The notes under the pieces: model-generated
Database searches by the model: none
What the model was told of the DNA's origin: nothing
What the model saw: only the letters and a program-made list of their open reading frames with translations
Translations under genes and position numbers: made by a program
Shown: positions 40,383 through 54,221 of the stretch, in pieces
Numbering within the stretch: the first letter of the stretch is position 1
Layout of the letters: every line of letters starts with the position of its first letter
Assembly: GCA_002269645.1 (NCBI GenBank)
Contig: NIVC01003764.1
Location: 1 to 64,000, forward strand
DNA length: 64,000 nucleotides
Source of the DNA: Macrostomum lignano
Taxonomy: Eukaryota
Direction of reading: 5' to 3'

Positions 40383-42145
40383 GCTTTGCTGTTTCTTGTT
40401 TGAGTAAAAATGTTTGAATAAATGTAGCAGCACTGGAAGCTTCTGTCTCAATCGCCACCCTGATGGGATGGTGATTATATACTCCGTGCTCGTAAAAATA
40501 CTCACTATTGGTGGGGTCCGCTCTGCCATGCAGCTCCCCACTTTATCAGGACGGCAAGTCAGATCTGCGAGCAACTCAGATAGATCCACACTGAATTGGC
40601 TGCTGGCCCACAAACCAATTCATCTCAGAAGAAATCCTAACAACACATGTAGCCATTCCAGTATATGTGGGCATCAATATTTTATGATTAGATCTTGTGG
40701 AAATGTAGGGCTCCACGTACGCTACATCTGCATGCGGCACACAAGTTATAAACATCTTTACCTTGTGATGCATGCATTGACCACTCTAGGAATATTTTAA
40801 GTCAACTATAATAGCTATTGCTGAGCCATAAAGCTCTAGTACATTTATTACTTGTCAGATGCTTTTACACGAATTTACACAATTTTCATGGCACGTCACG
40901 TGATGACTTCCTGCCATGTGGTTTGACATGTACGCAAAAATACCCAGAATATTTTGCCGATAAAAATCATTTCCTGGTCTATAAATTACGGCTGAATCGA
41001 CCCAGCATTTTATTGTATGATATTTATGGGCACACACCAAACACCACAATTTGCCTCTCTGTTGCAGGCCACTCAACTGAAGCGCATGGCGCCGCTCGAA
41101 AGAAATGGCCAGTGCCATTAAGTAAAGTCATGCTCGTTTCTGGTGGCATCAGTTTTTAGCATCCCCAGCAGCAGCTGCATGTACATCTTGCTTGGCTAAT
41201 TCTCACCGGCGAACCTACTATGAGTTATACATCAATTATAAATAGAAAGTAAATTTACCTGTACCAAGAATCTGTACATGCACATGTACAATGTAGATGT
41301 ACATGTATGTATATTTATCGAGTCTCTGTGGTGAAGAAATCGTATGTAACATTGTCGAATTTTGTTAAGGTCAGACCGATCGATGTATTCAAAATTCAAA
41401 TAAATGCTTTATTTTACACACGCAAAATGCATATCGACCAATCATAACTGAAGATGATGTACAGAAGTAGTAAAACGTATCAGCTACTGTAGTCAATTTC
41501 CAGGCCTTCACTACTCCTGTATGTTTAGCAAAATTGGTGCAGTTACTAATAGCATTGGCTAAGAGTAAAAGAAGCTTGCACATATACAAGCGCATTTACA
41601 TGTATAAGATGTACTTAGTGGCACCAATAAAGTATAAAAGGCATTTATTAGTAATTAAACAGATGCTGTCACAGGATTCAGTAGCATTGCTTAGCAGCAA
41701 TAATAAGGCAGAACAGTACAATATGTTCAATTCAGTCCTCCATGCTTCGAAGTATACGGAACTAAACTTTTATATCTATCTCTTAAACTTATAAATTAGC
41801 CATATATATTAATAAATATATAGCTGTACATGTACAGTCTCATCCATACATTGAACCAGTCTGTTTAATGTTTAAGTCCGGATCCGATATTTTGAATTGA
41901 TTTATACAATGTTGGATATTCAGCTAAACAAAAATCTGCGAAACAAACTGTTTTTAAGCGCAGCATCTAACCAATAAATTCTGAATATTGAATGATTTTT
42001 GGCGGAAACGGAAAGGAATTACGATTTTTATAACTAAAAGCAAAATCTTTTATCTTATTTTCCTAACTTTCTTACAACGTACATTTGTAGCGTGCGTGAT
42101 ATAGGTTCTCTGCTTTCACATTCGCACTCTAGCGTTTGCCTTCTA

Positions 42146-42154
42146 TATATAAAA
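42146..42154 (+). promoter_or_regulatory. Candidate TATA box of the ferritin gene
   Basis: TATATAAAA about 115 nt upstream of the ATG, in AT-rich sequence. Confidence 0.35.
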
Positions 42155-42266
42155 CAACGTGTTTAGCTATCAGCGCGTTACGTATAAAATAACATACGTA
42201 TATATACGCAATAGTAGGCCCTACTCATAGACCGAACTATATAATATTAATAGCTAACTAGCCACA

Positions 42267-45200
42267 ATGAGCCGTGTACGCCAGAACTTCCATGAGGACT
42301 GCGAGGCCGCTATTAACAAGCAGATCAACATGGAGCTGTATGCCTCGTACACCTACCAGGCGATGCACTTCCATTTCTTGCGCGAAGATGTTGCCTTGAA
42401 GAGTATCGCCGGATTCTTCGGCAAGAGCTCCGAGGAGGAGCGAGAGCATGCCGAGAAGCTGATGAAGTACCAGAACATGCGCGGCGGCACCATTGTCTTG
42501 CAAGATGTACAGAAGCCCGCCAAGCAGACCTGGGGCTCCATGCTAGAAGCTATTCAGGATGCTCTGGAGCTTGAGAAAGTTGTCAATCAGGTGAGCTTCA
42601 GTGTATAGCAGGCCTTTTTAAGCCTTTTAAATAAAATTAGGCTCTATCATCAGGCCTAACTGCCTAGGCCTAACACTACTAGGCCTACAGCAACAGGAAT
42701 TTTTAATTAACCTATAACTATAAGATAAGTATAATTTGCTTTGTAGAATGTATACTTTAATATTATTTATAACAAACAAAATAACATAATGTAGAATATA
42801 GGGACCAATTCACTTTTTAATTAAACAGTTTCATTTTATTTAAGATTTATTCTTTATATATATATTTGTTAAATTAAATCTAAATGTAATTCACATAAAA
42901 AGAAAAGGGTAAGGCTTAGCCTAATGCAATGAAATTGAAATAAACTATGCTAGGGGTGTTTCCTGTTCACTGAGAATCTTACTAAATGCCACCAAAAGCT
43001 GTCCCAGGGCTCTTATTTATTCTTTAGCTTCACTCTTTGCCACCAAAGTTGTTGCAGGCCTGTTAGTTCTGTGTTTCTACTTAATGTACTTTTTGCATAA
43101 ATGTACTACTAATATTGGTAGCGTCTACTTATCTATTTATATAGGTAGCGTCTACTTATCTAATTATATTGGTAGCATCTACTTATCTATTTATATAGGT
43201 AGCGTCTACTTATCTAATTATATTGGTAGCATCTACTTATCTATTTATATAGGTAGCGTCTACTTATCTAATTATATTGGTAGCATCTACTTATCTATTT
43301 ATATAGGTAGCGTCTACTTATCTAATTATATTGGTAGCATCTACTTATCTATTTATATAGGTAGCGTCTACTTATCTAATTATATTGGTAGCATCTACTT
43401 ATCTAATGGTAGGCCTAGCGGTTGTACATGTACTGTAACTTTTGCCTGAGTGGTCTATTGGCACTGTCTACTCTTATATCTCTCAGTCCTGGCATTCCCA
43501 GGATCAAAGGGTCATAGCTTTATATTTTCCCTGCCCTGAAGCGACTTTCCCTCACTATGAAGTGGTTCTTCTGCCCTGAGGCGAATTCACTATTTTCTAA
43601 TGTTTTCCTACCCTGAGGCAATTCTCGCTTTTTAGCGGATCTTAATACTACTCCCGATTTGGGGCTTCTACTCTAAGAAATGATTAAATCTTTAAGTGAT
43701 TTCAATATTTAGAACAAACTAAGTTTGTTTATTGAAAACCAAGAGGCAGCAAACGGTCACGATTTATTTTTTCTAGCCCAATCTGGGCTCTTATTTATAT
43801 TATGAATTGGCATAATTTAAACAAAATAATAATTCCCAAAAATATTTTTACAGATCACAACGTTTAAACAAAATATTTAGTTTTTTGTGCAAATTTGAAC
43901 AAAAGCTTTTCTAAGAAATACAGTATTCGTGCATAAAAATAGTTATTACTTCAGTACTTCTTAGGCACTATATCAAAACCAAGGCCAAGGCCCAAGCAAG
44001 GCAAGGGAATACTAAATATATATAATAAGTTTTATTAAAAATCAAAATATATAGAAAATATTAGGCCCACTTATAAGACAATTTTGCCTAGGCCAAGGCC
44101 TATGTATGGCACAATTCCTTGGTTAAAACCAAAATAAATTTACTTCTTTAATAATTGTGATAATTCTTTTTTATATGCTTTTCAAATAACTGCACCTTAA
44201 TGGTCTATGCTTATATAGTTATTAATAATAATTTAGTAAGTAATCATTTTGCAATTTTACCAATTTTCTATGGCTATAAAATTTAATTTGTTATAAAAAT
44301 GCAATTTAAATTAGGCCCCCTAAGGCCTAGTCCAGGGGTCGGCAAACTGCGGCCCGCGGGCCAGATCCGGCCCGCGTCATCTTCAAGTCCGGCCCGCAGC
44401 ACTCTTACTATCTGACAATGTAAAAGTGGCCCGCGAACCAATTTTGTGTTGAAACATTCAACTTTTCAAGCAAAATTAGCTTTCACCTCGGCATTCCTAT
44501 CACAATACTGTGTCAATTTCAATTGTCGTGTTGTTGGTGGCATTTGGTCTATCATATAAAATTGTCGGCTATCCTTTAGTAGAATCGTTCGTTAAATTAA
44601 TTTTTGTTTGAATTTGATTTCTTTCTATTTTTAGAGTCCAAAAATATGAAACAAGTGAACAATCTAACAGTTTACAATTAAATATACTGGCAGCTAAATT
44701 GTTTGTTATAGTCGGTTGCCACATCACGACACGAGGGTACTATTTTAACGTTGGGTAATAGGGGTAATAGTGTCACTGGGTAATTTTATCCAGGACACAT
44801 TTTTCCACAATTTTTGAATTTGTGCGTTGATGTCAGGAATTCTTAAAATAGTATAAGTTTTGCGCGCACAAAGCATTAATATGTTTATGGTCAAAGTTGG
44901 TGACAGTGCGGAGCTGGGGGACTTTTAAAGGGAGATGCATTTGAGATTGAAAAATTAGCTACCGAGCTGCCATACTGGGATTCAAGTCAAGCCACTGCTT
45001 ACTTTGCTGATTTTGGACTATTACTCTCTGGATGGCTGGATCTGGATGACCAGTGGCCTCAAGTTGGATTGTGTCACTGTTTAACTTTCAATAGTACCCT
45101 CATGTCGTGATTTGGCAATTAACTATAACAAACAATTTAGCTGCCAGTACATGTTAAACTGTTGGATCGTTCACTTGTTTACATTTTTACTCTAAAATTA

Positions 45201-47516
45201 GAAATGAATTAAATTCAAGCGAAAAAATAATTTAACAAACGATTCTATAGGATACCAAATTGTCATTTATAGCCTCAATTTGTTGTGCATTTTTTTGGCC
45301 CACCACCTCAGCCAGTCGTCCAATCCGGCCTGCACTGAAAAAAGTTTGCCGACCCCTGGCCTAGTCTAATTGCAGCCTAGTTTAATCTAGTAGCCTTTTC
45401 TATAGGCCTATGGCTATAGTATTTTAAACCTTTAGTTTTATCATTACTATTATATAATATTATACTTTTTATTTCTAAAAATGGTTATCATTTTAGTTAT
45501 GTATATTTTCACTTTACTATAGTAGAAATTCTAGTATGATTTAAAATGTTATTCTTTTAGAAATTTTGAAAAATAGTTATTATGACATTTATATTAGATT
45601 GTTTTTAATTAAATTAGAATTCCTTTTATCCATTGCTTATTTATAGCTAGGCTTATATATTTAAGTTTTTTATAGTAAACTATTACTCAAGAGATATAGG
45701 CATTTTGGTCCTTTTGATAATTTAGTCTATGCCACCCCTGATCCTTCAGACAGTATCTTCCCTGATCCTTTAAGCACCACCCTCCTTGATCCTTCAGACA
45801 CCACCCTCCCTGATCCTTTAGACAGTATCTTCCCTGATCCTTTAAGCACCACCCTCCTTGATCCTTCAGACAGCGCCCTCCCTGATTATTCAGACACCAC
45901 CCCCCTGATCCTTTAGACAGTATCTTCCCTGATCCTTTAAGCACCACCCTCCTTGATCCTTCAGACAGCGCCCTCCCTGATTATTCAGACACCACCCCCC
46001 TGATCCTTTAGACAGTATCTTCCCTGATCCTTTAAGCACCACCCTCCTTGATCCTTCAGACAGCGCCCTCCCTGATTATTCAGACACCACCCCCCTGATC
46101 CTTTAGACAGTATCTTCCCTGATCCTTTAAGCACCACCCTCCTTGATCCTTCAGACAGCGCCCTCCCTGATTATTCAGACAGCACCCTTCCTGATCCTTC
46201 AGACAGCACCCCTGATCCTTCAGAGTCAGACAGCACCCTCCCTGATCCTTCAGGCAGCACCCTCCCTGATCCTTCAGACAGCACCCTCCCTGATCCTTCA
46301 GACAGCACCCTCCTTGATCCTTCAGACAGCGCCCTCCCTGATTCTTTAGACAGCACCCTCCCTGATCCTTCAGACAGCACCCCTGATCCTTCCGACAGCA
46401 CCCTCCCTGATCCTTCAGGCAGCACCCTCCTTGATCCTTCAGACGCCACCCTCCCTGATCCTTTAGACAGTATCTTCCCTGATCCTTCCGACAGCACCCT
46501 CCCTGATCCTTCAGACAGCACCCCTGATCCTTCCGACAGCACCCTCCCTGATCCTTCAGGCAGCACCCTCCTTGATCCTTCAGACGCCACCCTCCTTGAT
46601 CCTTCAGACAGCACCCTCCCTGATCCTTCCGACAGCACCCTCCCTGATCCTTCAGGCAGCACCCTCCTTGATCCTTCAGACGCCACCCTCCCTGATCCTT
46701 TAGACAGTATCTTCCCTGATCCTTCAAGCAGCACCCTCCTTGATCCTTCAGACGCCACCCTCCCTGATCCTTTAGACAGTATCTTCCCTGATCCTTCAAG
46801 CACCACCCTCCTTGATCCTTCAGACAGCACCCTCCCTGATCCTTCCGACAGCACCCTCCCTGATCCTTCAGGCAGCACCCTCCTTGATCCTTCAGACGCC
46901 ACCCTCCCTGATCCTTTAGACAGTATCTTCCCTGATCCTTCAAGCACCACCCTCCTTGATCCTTCAGACAGCACCCTCCCTGATCCTTCAGACAGCACCC
47001 TCCCTGATCCTTCAGACACCACCCTCCCTGATCCTTCAGACACCACCCTCCCTGATCCTTCAGACACCACCCTCCCTGATCCTTCAGACACCACCCTCCC
47101 TGATCCTTCAGACAACACCCTCCCTGATCCTTCAGACAACACCCTCCCTGATCCTTCAGACGGCACCCTCCCTGATCCTTCAGGCACCCCACCCTCCCTG
47201 ATCCTTCAGGCACCCCACCCTCCCTGATCCTTCAGACACCACCCTCCCTGATCTTTCAGACACCACCCTCCCTGATTCTTCAGACACTAAAACCTATTCA
47301 CCCACCTCCCCACCCCACCAGAGCTTGCTGGATCTGCAGAAACTCGCTGACAGTCGCGGTGACCCCCAGCTGTGCGATTTTATCGAAGGCGAATACCTGA
47401 AAGAGCAGGTGGAGTCCATCAAGGAGCTGGCTGACCACGCCACTAATTTGAAGCGAGTTGGCTCAGGTCTCGGCGAGTTCATGTACGACAAGGAAGCTTT
47501 CGGCGAATCTTCTTGA
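42267..47516 (+). CDS. fth: Ferritin (H-type, ferroxidase residues intact), 172 aa, 2 exons
   Basis: Exons 42267-42590 and 47322-47516 (phase 0). [77 protein letters not shown] and GLGEFMYDK. Confidence 0.97.
43113..43405. repeat. 27-bp repeat alternating two variants (54-bp dimer), ferritin intron
   Basis: GGTAGCGTCTACTTATCT(AATTATATT) alternating with GGTAGCATCTACTTATCT(ATTTATATA). Confidence 0.95.
44333..45358. mobile_element. Non-autonomous hAT (Charlie/Buster-type) MITE, 1026 bp, in the ferritin intron
   Basis: Perfect 16-bp TIRs CAGGGGTCGGCAAACT / AGTTTGCCGACCCCTG; exact 8-bp TSD GCCTAGTC (44325-44332 and 45359-45366) with central TA; no transposase ORF. Confidence 0.93.
45733..47285. 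repeat. 24-bp minisatellite (CCCTCCCTGATCCTTCAGACAGCA)n running up to the ferritin exon 2 acceptor
   Basis: About 60 variant units. Confidence 0.95.
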
Positions 47517-48644
47517 AAATTCTTGATTGGTGTGCATTGATATTGACTTCAGGAGAGACTTCAGGAGCAATTTAGTAGCTATAGAATTCACAGCTGTGTG
47601 CAAAAAATAATCTGTACGAAGTTCTGTTATAATCCCGTTTAATCTTGTCATTATTTATACAGTAGTTAAGTTGATATAAACCGTTATAAATTGTTGTTTA
47701 AGTAACCCGATATCATGGATCTTTTCAAGCAATTGATATGTTTAACTGTATTAGTTATTATATTACTTTGAATAATACTTTTCCGAGCTAAATAAATTGA
47801 ATAATTTCTGTAGGGCAAGCTTTCCGAATTCCAAAATTATAGTTCTGCAAAATATAAAATTTTCTAGTTTGTTTGTAGTCTCTTATTTTCTACGATAGTA
47901 TTGATAGTTGTTGGTGTTGTCTAATCTCTAATCTCCTCTTTCCTTTTCTTTTCTAATTCCTCTCCTCTTCTCTAATGACGAAAATGATAACTATTTAAAT
48001 TATATTAAAGTACGATATCATTCAGATTAAAGGACCATGACTTATTTATAGTCGTAGTCTATTTCTATAGCAACGCTGATGAAAAACTAATTTGGGCAAT
48101 CTATTTTAAAAAGTTAATAATTTTCGTTGCTTACTACTTACATGTAGAAGTAGACAGTTGAAGTGCTAGGATTTTAAAGGCAGTCAGCCATAATTTTGAA
48201 GCGTAGTACTGTTTAATGCATTACTGACAAATGACCCCCCAAGTTCTTTTTATATTAAAAGCTGTGAGGTAATACAATTTACCAATATGACAGTAGACTG
48301 CATGCTTTCTCACATAAGAATGATCTCTCTTAGTATCTCTTGATCATGAGGTCTGATATGCAATTTCCGGTTAATCAAGGCACAGTATACATACATATCT
48401 GCGTATTCCTGTGAATATTCAAAGGATTAATCTTATGTCGATGTATCAGCTTAAAGAGCTTGTTTAGAAATTATTTCTCGCGAATGAATATACTAATCCC
48501 TCTATATTACAGTGTGTTTCTTATCAAGCATTCTCATTGCATGTATGTATTACAACTGCATGTATGTACGTGTACATTCTCTGCAAGTTTAATGTAGTTG
48601 ACGAAGTCTCTCTGTACAATGTACTATAGTCTTTTGGTGCCGCG

Positions 48645-49865
48645 AGAGGGAAAGGAGATTGGCACCGAGAAGGAATAGAGATTGGCATCGAGAAGGAAGG
48701 GAATGGCGCCGAGAAGGAATGGAGATTGACGTCGAGAAGGAATGGAGATTGGCACCGAGAAGGAATGGAGATTGGCGCCGGGAAGGAATGTAGATTGGCG
48801 TCGAGAAGGAATGGAGATTGGCACCGAGAAGGAATGAATATTGCCGCCGAGAAGGAATGGAGATTGGCGCCGAGAAGGAATGTAGATTGGCGTCGAGAAG
48901 GAATGGAGATTGGCGCCGAGAAGGAATGGATATTGGCGCCGAGAAGGAATGGAGATTGGCGCCGAGAGGGAATGGAGATTGGCGCCGGGAAGGAATAGGA
49001 ATGGCGTCGAGAGGGAATGGAGATTGGCGCCGAGAAGGAATGGAGATTGGCGCCGAGAAGGAATGGAGATTGGCGCCGAGAGGGAATATAATGGAGATTG
49101 GCGCCGGGAAGGAATGGGAATGGCGTCGAGAGGGAATTGAGATTGGCACCGAGAAGGAATGGAGATTGGCGCCGAGATGGAATCGAGATTAGCATCGAGA
49201 AGGAATGGAGATTGGCGTCGGGAGGGAATGGATATTGGCGCTGAGAGGGAATGGAGATTGGCGCCGAGAAGGAATTGAGATTGGCGCCGAGAAGGAATGG
49301 AGATTGGCGCCGAGAGGAAATGGAGATTGGCGCCGAGAGGGAAAGGAGATTGGTGCCGAGATGGAATCGAGATTGGCGTCGAGAGGGAATGGAGATTGGC
49401 GCTGAGAGGGAATGGAGATTGGCGCCGAGAAGGAATGGAGATTGGCGCCGAGAAGGAATGGAGATTGGCGCCGAGAGGAAATGGAGATTGGCGCCGAGAA
49501 GGAATGGATATTGGCACTGAGAAGGAATAGAGATTGGCATCGAGAAGGAAGGGAATGGCGCCGAGAAGGAATTGAGATTGGCGCCGAGAGGAAATGTAGA
49601 TTGGCGCCGAGAAGGAATGGAGATTGGCACCGAGAAGGAATGGAGATTGGCGCTGAGAAGGAATTGAGATTGGCGCCGAGAAGGAATGGAGATTGGCGCC
49701 GAGAGGAAATGGAGATTGGCGCCGAGAGGGAAAGGAGATTGGTGCCGAGAAGGAATTGAGATTGGCGCCGAGAAGGAATGGAGATTGGCGCCGACAATGA
49801 ATGGAGATTGGCGCCGACAATGAATGGAGATTAGCGCCGACAATGAATGGAGATTAGCGCCGAGA
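48645..49865. repeat. 23-bp minisatellite (GGCGCCGAGAAGGAATGGAGATT)n
   Basis: About 50 variant units. Confidence 0.95.
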
Positions 49866-50399
49866 AGACAGACAGGAGAGCAGTTCGGGCAGAATTTGAA
49901 TGACGGCTAGGCAGCCTTGAGAAGAATGCCATACACGGTTCAGGTGCCAGTTCCATACCTAGAGTCTGCGTGCTTCCTAATTTTGCCAAGATCGTTCAAC
50001 TTCAGCTATCGTGACTCTGACCCTGAATTCACCAGTCAGCTCATCTCACCACCCAGACCTTTTGCCCCTCAATCTTCTAAGGTTTTTTTATATTCTCAAA
50101 ATCGCAAAGCAGCAAGACGACCCAGAGAGGTTCAAGCAAAGACCAGGAAGAGGCTAAAGATTGCATTGTTGAGTTGCTTTTAGCTCACGGGCTGATGGAG
50201 CGCAGAGGAGACTGCAAGCTTCCGGTGAGGCCGTTCTTCCACTCTGGTAGCTATTATATAAAAATATTACGGGCCCGACCCGTTGCAGTGAGGAAGTCAG
50301 GGGGGACAAAAGTTGATTCCATGCAGGCTTCTTCCAGAAAATTAATTCTCTGCGTGCCACGGGATGGTAGAAGCCACGGCTTTTGGCTTTTGTATAGCA

Positions 50400-51495
50400 T
50401 TCCTCACCCAGAATCCCCAATCTTCCCCATCCAGAATCCTCAATTTTCCCCACCCAGAGGCCTCAATCTCCCCACACAGAATCGTCAATCTTCCCCATCC
50501 AGAATCCTCAATCTTCCCCATCCAGAATCCTCAATCTTCCCCATCCAGAATCCTCAATTTTCCCCACCCAGAGGCCTCAATCTCCCCACACAGAATCGTC
50601 AATCTTCCCCATCCAGAATCCTCAATCTTCCCCATCCAGAATCCTCAATCTTCCCCATCCAGAATCCTCAATCTTCTTCATCCAGAATCCTCAATCTTCT
50701 TCATCCAGAACCCTTAATCTTCCCCATCCAGAATACCCAATCTTCCCCATCCAGAACACCCAATCTTCCCCATCCAGAACACCCAATCTTACGCATCCAG
50801 AATACCCAATCTTCCCATCCAGAATACCCAATCTTCCCATCCAGAATACCCAATCTTCCCCATCCAGAATACCCAATCTTCCCCATCCAGAATCCTCAAT
50901 CTTCCCCATCCAGAATCCTCAATCTTCCCCATCCAGAATACCCAATCTTCCCCATCCAGAACACCCAATCTTACGCATCCAGAATCCCCAATCTTCCCAT
51001 CCAGAATACCCAATCTTCCCCATCCAGAATCCTCAATCTTCCCCATCCAGAATCCTCAATCTTCCCCATCCAGAATACCCAATCTTCCCCATCCAGAACA
51101 CCCAATCTTACGCATCCAGAATACCCAATCTTCCCATCCAGAATACCCAATCTTCCCCATCCAGAATCCTCAATCTTCCCCATCCAGAATCCTCAATCTT
51201 CCCCATCCAGAATCCTCAATCTTCCCCATCCAGAATCCTCAATCTTCCCCACCCAGAATACCCAATCTTCCCCACCCAGAACACCCAATCTTCCCCATCC
51301 AGAACACCCAATCTTCCCCATCCAGAACACCCAATCTTCCCCATCCAGAACACCCAATCTTCCCCATCCAGAACACCCAATCTTCCCATCCAGAATACCC
51401 AATCTTCCCATCCAGAATACCCAATCTTCCCCATCCAGAATACCCAATCTTCCCCATCCAGAATACCCAATCTTCCCCATCCAGAATCCTCCAAT
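50400..51495. repeat. 23-bp minisatellite (CCATCCAGAATCCTCAATCTTCC)n
   Basis: About 45 variant units. Confidence 0.95.
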
Positions 51496-52134
51496 CTGAT
51501 AGCAAATGTAGCTATTTACTTGAGTCTGTACAAACACAGACATTTTTGTCCATAAATTTATATGCCAAGGACCACTAGGAACACTTCGTTATAGTCAAGT
51601 CTAGTAGTCCTTGGTATATGCATAGCGATGGTGTCCAGTCGCACAATGCAGTGATCAAATATAGTATCTAGTATTTGTTTATGAGAGTATCGATCTCAGC
51701 ACTGAAGATTGCCTGTTTTCTAAAATATCTCTATGCTCAATGTCTGCAGGGAGTTCGGCTGCTGCTCGGGTATCCAAGTCACCTCCAGGTGTGACCGACC
51801 AATCGGCAAGGATAGCAAAATGAGATGATAGATTTCTATTGTCTCTTTTTAATGCAAATTAACCGCTCTGTTTTGTCTGATAATAGTGTCTGCTGGTCAG
51901 CTGGTAGTCTTTTTGGTGTCTTAAATTTACATTGCTATTCCTGTATCATTATAGCAATGCATGTACGAGCTAAAATTATTGATATCGCAGTTGCATAAAC
52001 CATTGAACGAAATCATGAGACAGGTGAAACCTGGGATAGAAAAAATCCGCGCGGCCCGTAAGCCTCTCTAATCCAGCTCTCGGGTCCTTTGAAACTTCAC
52101 AATGGCAATGGGGCCCGCTTAGGTTTGTCACACT

Positions 52135-53303
52135 TCTCAGCTCTCTTCTATCCTCTCTTCTCCTCACTCATCTCTTCTCTCCTCTCCTCTTCTTTCTTCT
52201 CCTCTCCTCTCCTCTCCTCTCCTCTCCTCTCCTCTCCTCTCCTCTCCTCTCCTCTCCTCTCCTCTCCTCTCCTCTCCTCTCTTCTCCTCTCTTCTCTCCT
52301 CTCCTCTCCTCTTCTTTCTTCTCCTCTCCTCTCCTCTCTTCTCTCCTCTCCTCTCTTCTCTTCTCTCCTCTCCTCTCCTCTCCTCTCCTCTCCTCTCCTC
52401 TCCTCTCCTCTCCTCTCCTCTCCTCTCCTCTCTTCTCCTCTCTTCTCTCCTCTCCTCTCCTCTCTCTTGTCCTCTCTCCTCTCCTCTCCTCTCCTCTCTT
52501 CTCTCCTCTCCTCTCCTCTCCTCTCCTCTCCTCTCCTCCTCTCTCCTCTCCTCTCCTCTCTCCTCTCCTCTCTTCTCTTCTCTTCTCTCCTCTCCTCTCC
52601 TCCTCTCCTCTCCTCTCCTTCCCTCTCTTCTCCTCTCTTCTCTCCTCTCCTCTCCTCTCTCTTGTCCTCTCCTCTCCTCTCCTCTCTCCTCTCCTCTCCT
52701 CTCCTCTCCTCTCCTCTCTTCTCCTCTCTTCTCTTCTCTCCTCTCCTCTCTTCTCTCCTCTCCTCTCCTCTCTCCTCTCCTCTCTTCTCTTCTCTCCTCT
52801 CCTCTCCTCTCCTCTCCTCTCCTCTCCTCTCCTCTCCTCTCCTCTCCTCTCCTCTCCTCTCCTCTCTTCTCTCTCTTCCTCTCTCCTCTCCTCTCTCTTG
52901 TCCTCTCTCCTCTCCTCTCCTCTCTCCTCTCCTCTCCTCTCCTCTCCTCTCTCCTCTCCTCTCCTCTCTCCTCTCCTCTCTTCTCTTCTCTTCTCTCCTC
53001 TCCTCTCCTCCTCTCCTCTCCTCTCCTTCCCTCTCTTCTCCTCTCTTCTCTCCTCTCCTCTCCTCTCTCTTGTCCTCTCCTCTCCTCTCCTCTCTCCTCT
53101 CCTCTCCTCTCCTCTCCTCTCTTCTCCTCTCTTCTCTTCTCTCCTCTCCTCTCTTCTCTCCTCTCCTCTCTTCTCTCCTCTCCTCTCCTCTCCTCTCCTC
53201 TCTCCCCTCCTCTCCTCTCTCCTCTCCTCTCCTCTCCTCTCCTCTCCTCTCCTCTCTCCTCTCTCTCTCTCTCTCTCTCCTCTCCTTTCTTCTCTCCTCT
53301 CCT

Positions 53304-53342
<39 letters not shown>

Positions 53343-53490
53343 CTCTCTCCTCTCTCTCTCTCTCTCTCTCCTCTCTCTCTTCTCCACTCTCTCCTCTCCT
53401 CTCTCCTACCTCTCTCTCTCTCTCCTCCCTCTCTCTCTCCTACCCTCTCTCTCTCTCCTCTCCTCTCTCCTCTCGTCTCTGTTCTCTTTT
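52135..53490. repeat. About 1.35-kb polypyrimidine/polypurine tract (CTCCT/CTCTT/CT modules)
   Basis: Almost exclusively C and T on the + strand. Confidence 0.97.
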
Positions 53491-54221
53491 CTTACTCGTA
53501 AAAGGGAAAGATGAGAAGGGCGGATCGAACCCTGGGCCCCAGGTTCAATTCCGCGCGCGTCTGTCTGTATTAATGACCCTTTTCAAATCTGTTTGCTTCT
53601 TCAATCAGTAAAAGATTAGAAAAAAACAATCAGATTCTGTGAGAGAATCAAAGGGGAAGGAACTTACGGAAAAGAGCATTGTTGTGCAGACAAAGGTGGA
53701 TTCACAGGCCCGAGAAATTCTTGATTGAGCTAAGTGGCCCTGTAAGTCTTGCTTTTTTGACACTTCTTCTGCAGCACTAGAGATTCAAACCCTTATTAAG
53801 CTGACACCATCAATTCAACAGCTGCATGTGCCGTGGCTTGCAAAGATTTCTATCAGGAAGTTTTTCTGAAGCCGAAAGGAAACTTTTAGAGGATTTTTTC
53901 ACTCTTTTTGTCACCCCGCGCTGCAGTCCTCGCGGTACAGAGGGAGAGAGAAGGGGCCAGAATGCCTTCAGGGGCCCACGAGCCTCGCTCTTGAGCCTGT
54001 CTGACAGCTCAGATCCAAGAGCAAGTGTTTGCTTTTGGTTTGAGTTGATTTTTTTTAACAATCAAGATTAAGAGGAACTGCGGAGCCAGGCCATGTGCCC
54101 TAAAGGAATTTTCTTTCTTGCGACAAGATACCAACTTTTTAATTTATCATTTCGCTTTATCAACTATAGGGGTCAGTGCAGGTAGTTAACCTTGGACAAC
54201 CGGAGTAGAATTACACTAGGC

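Noticed and set aside
53522-53552. Hairpin of two back-to-back B-box-like motifs (GGATCGAACC...GGTTCAATTCC)
   Set aside because: Imperfect 31-nt palindrome with no A-box or tRNA body; compatible with chance.
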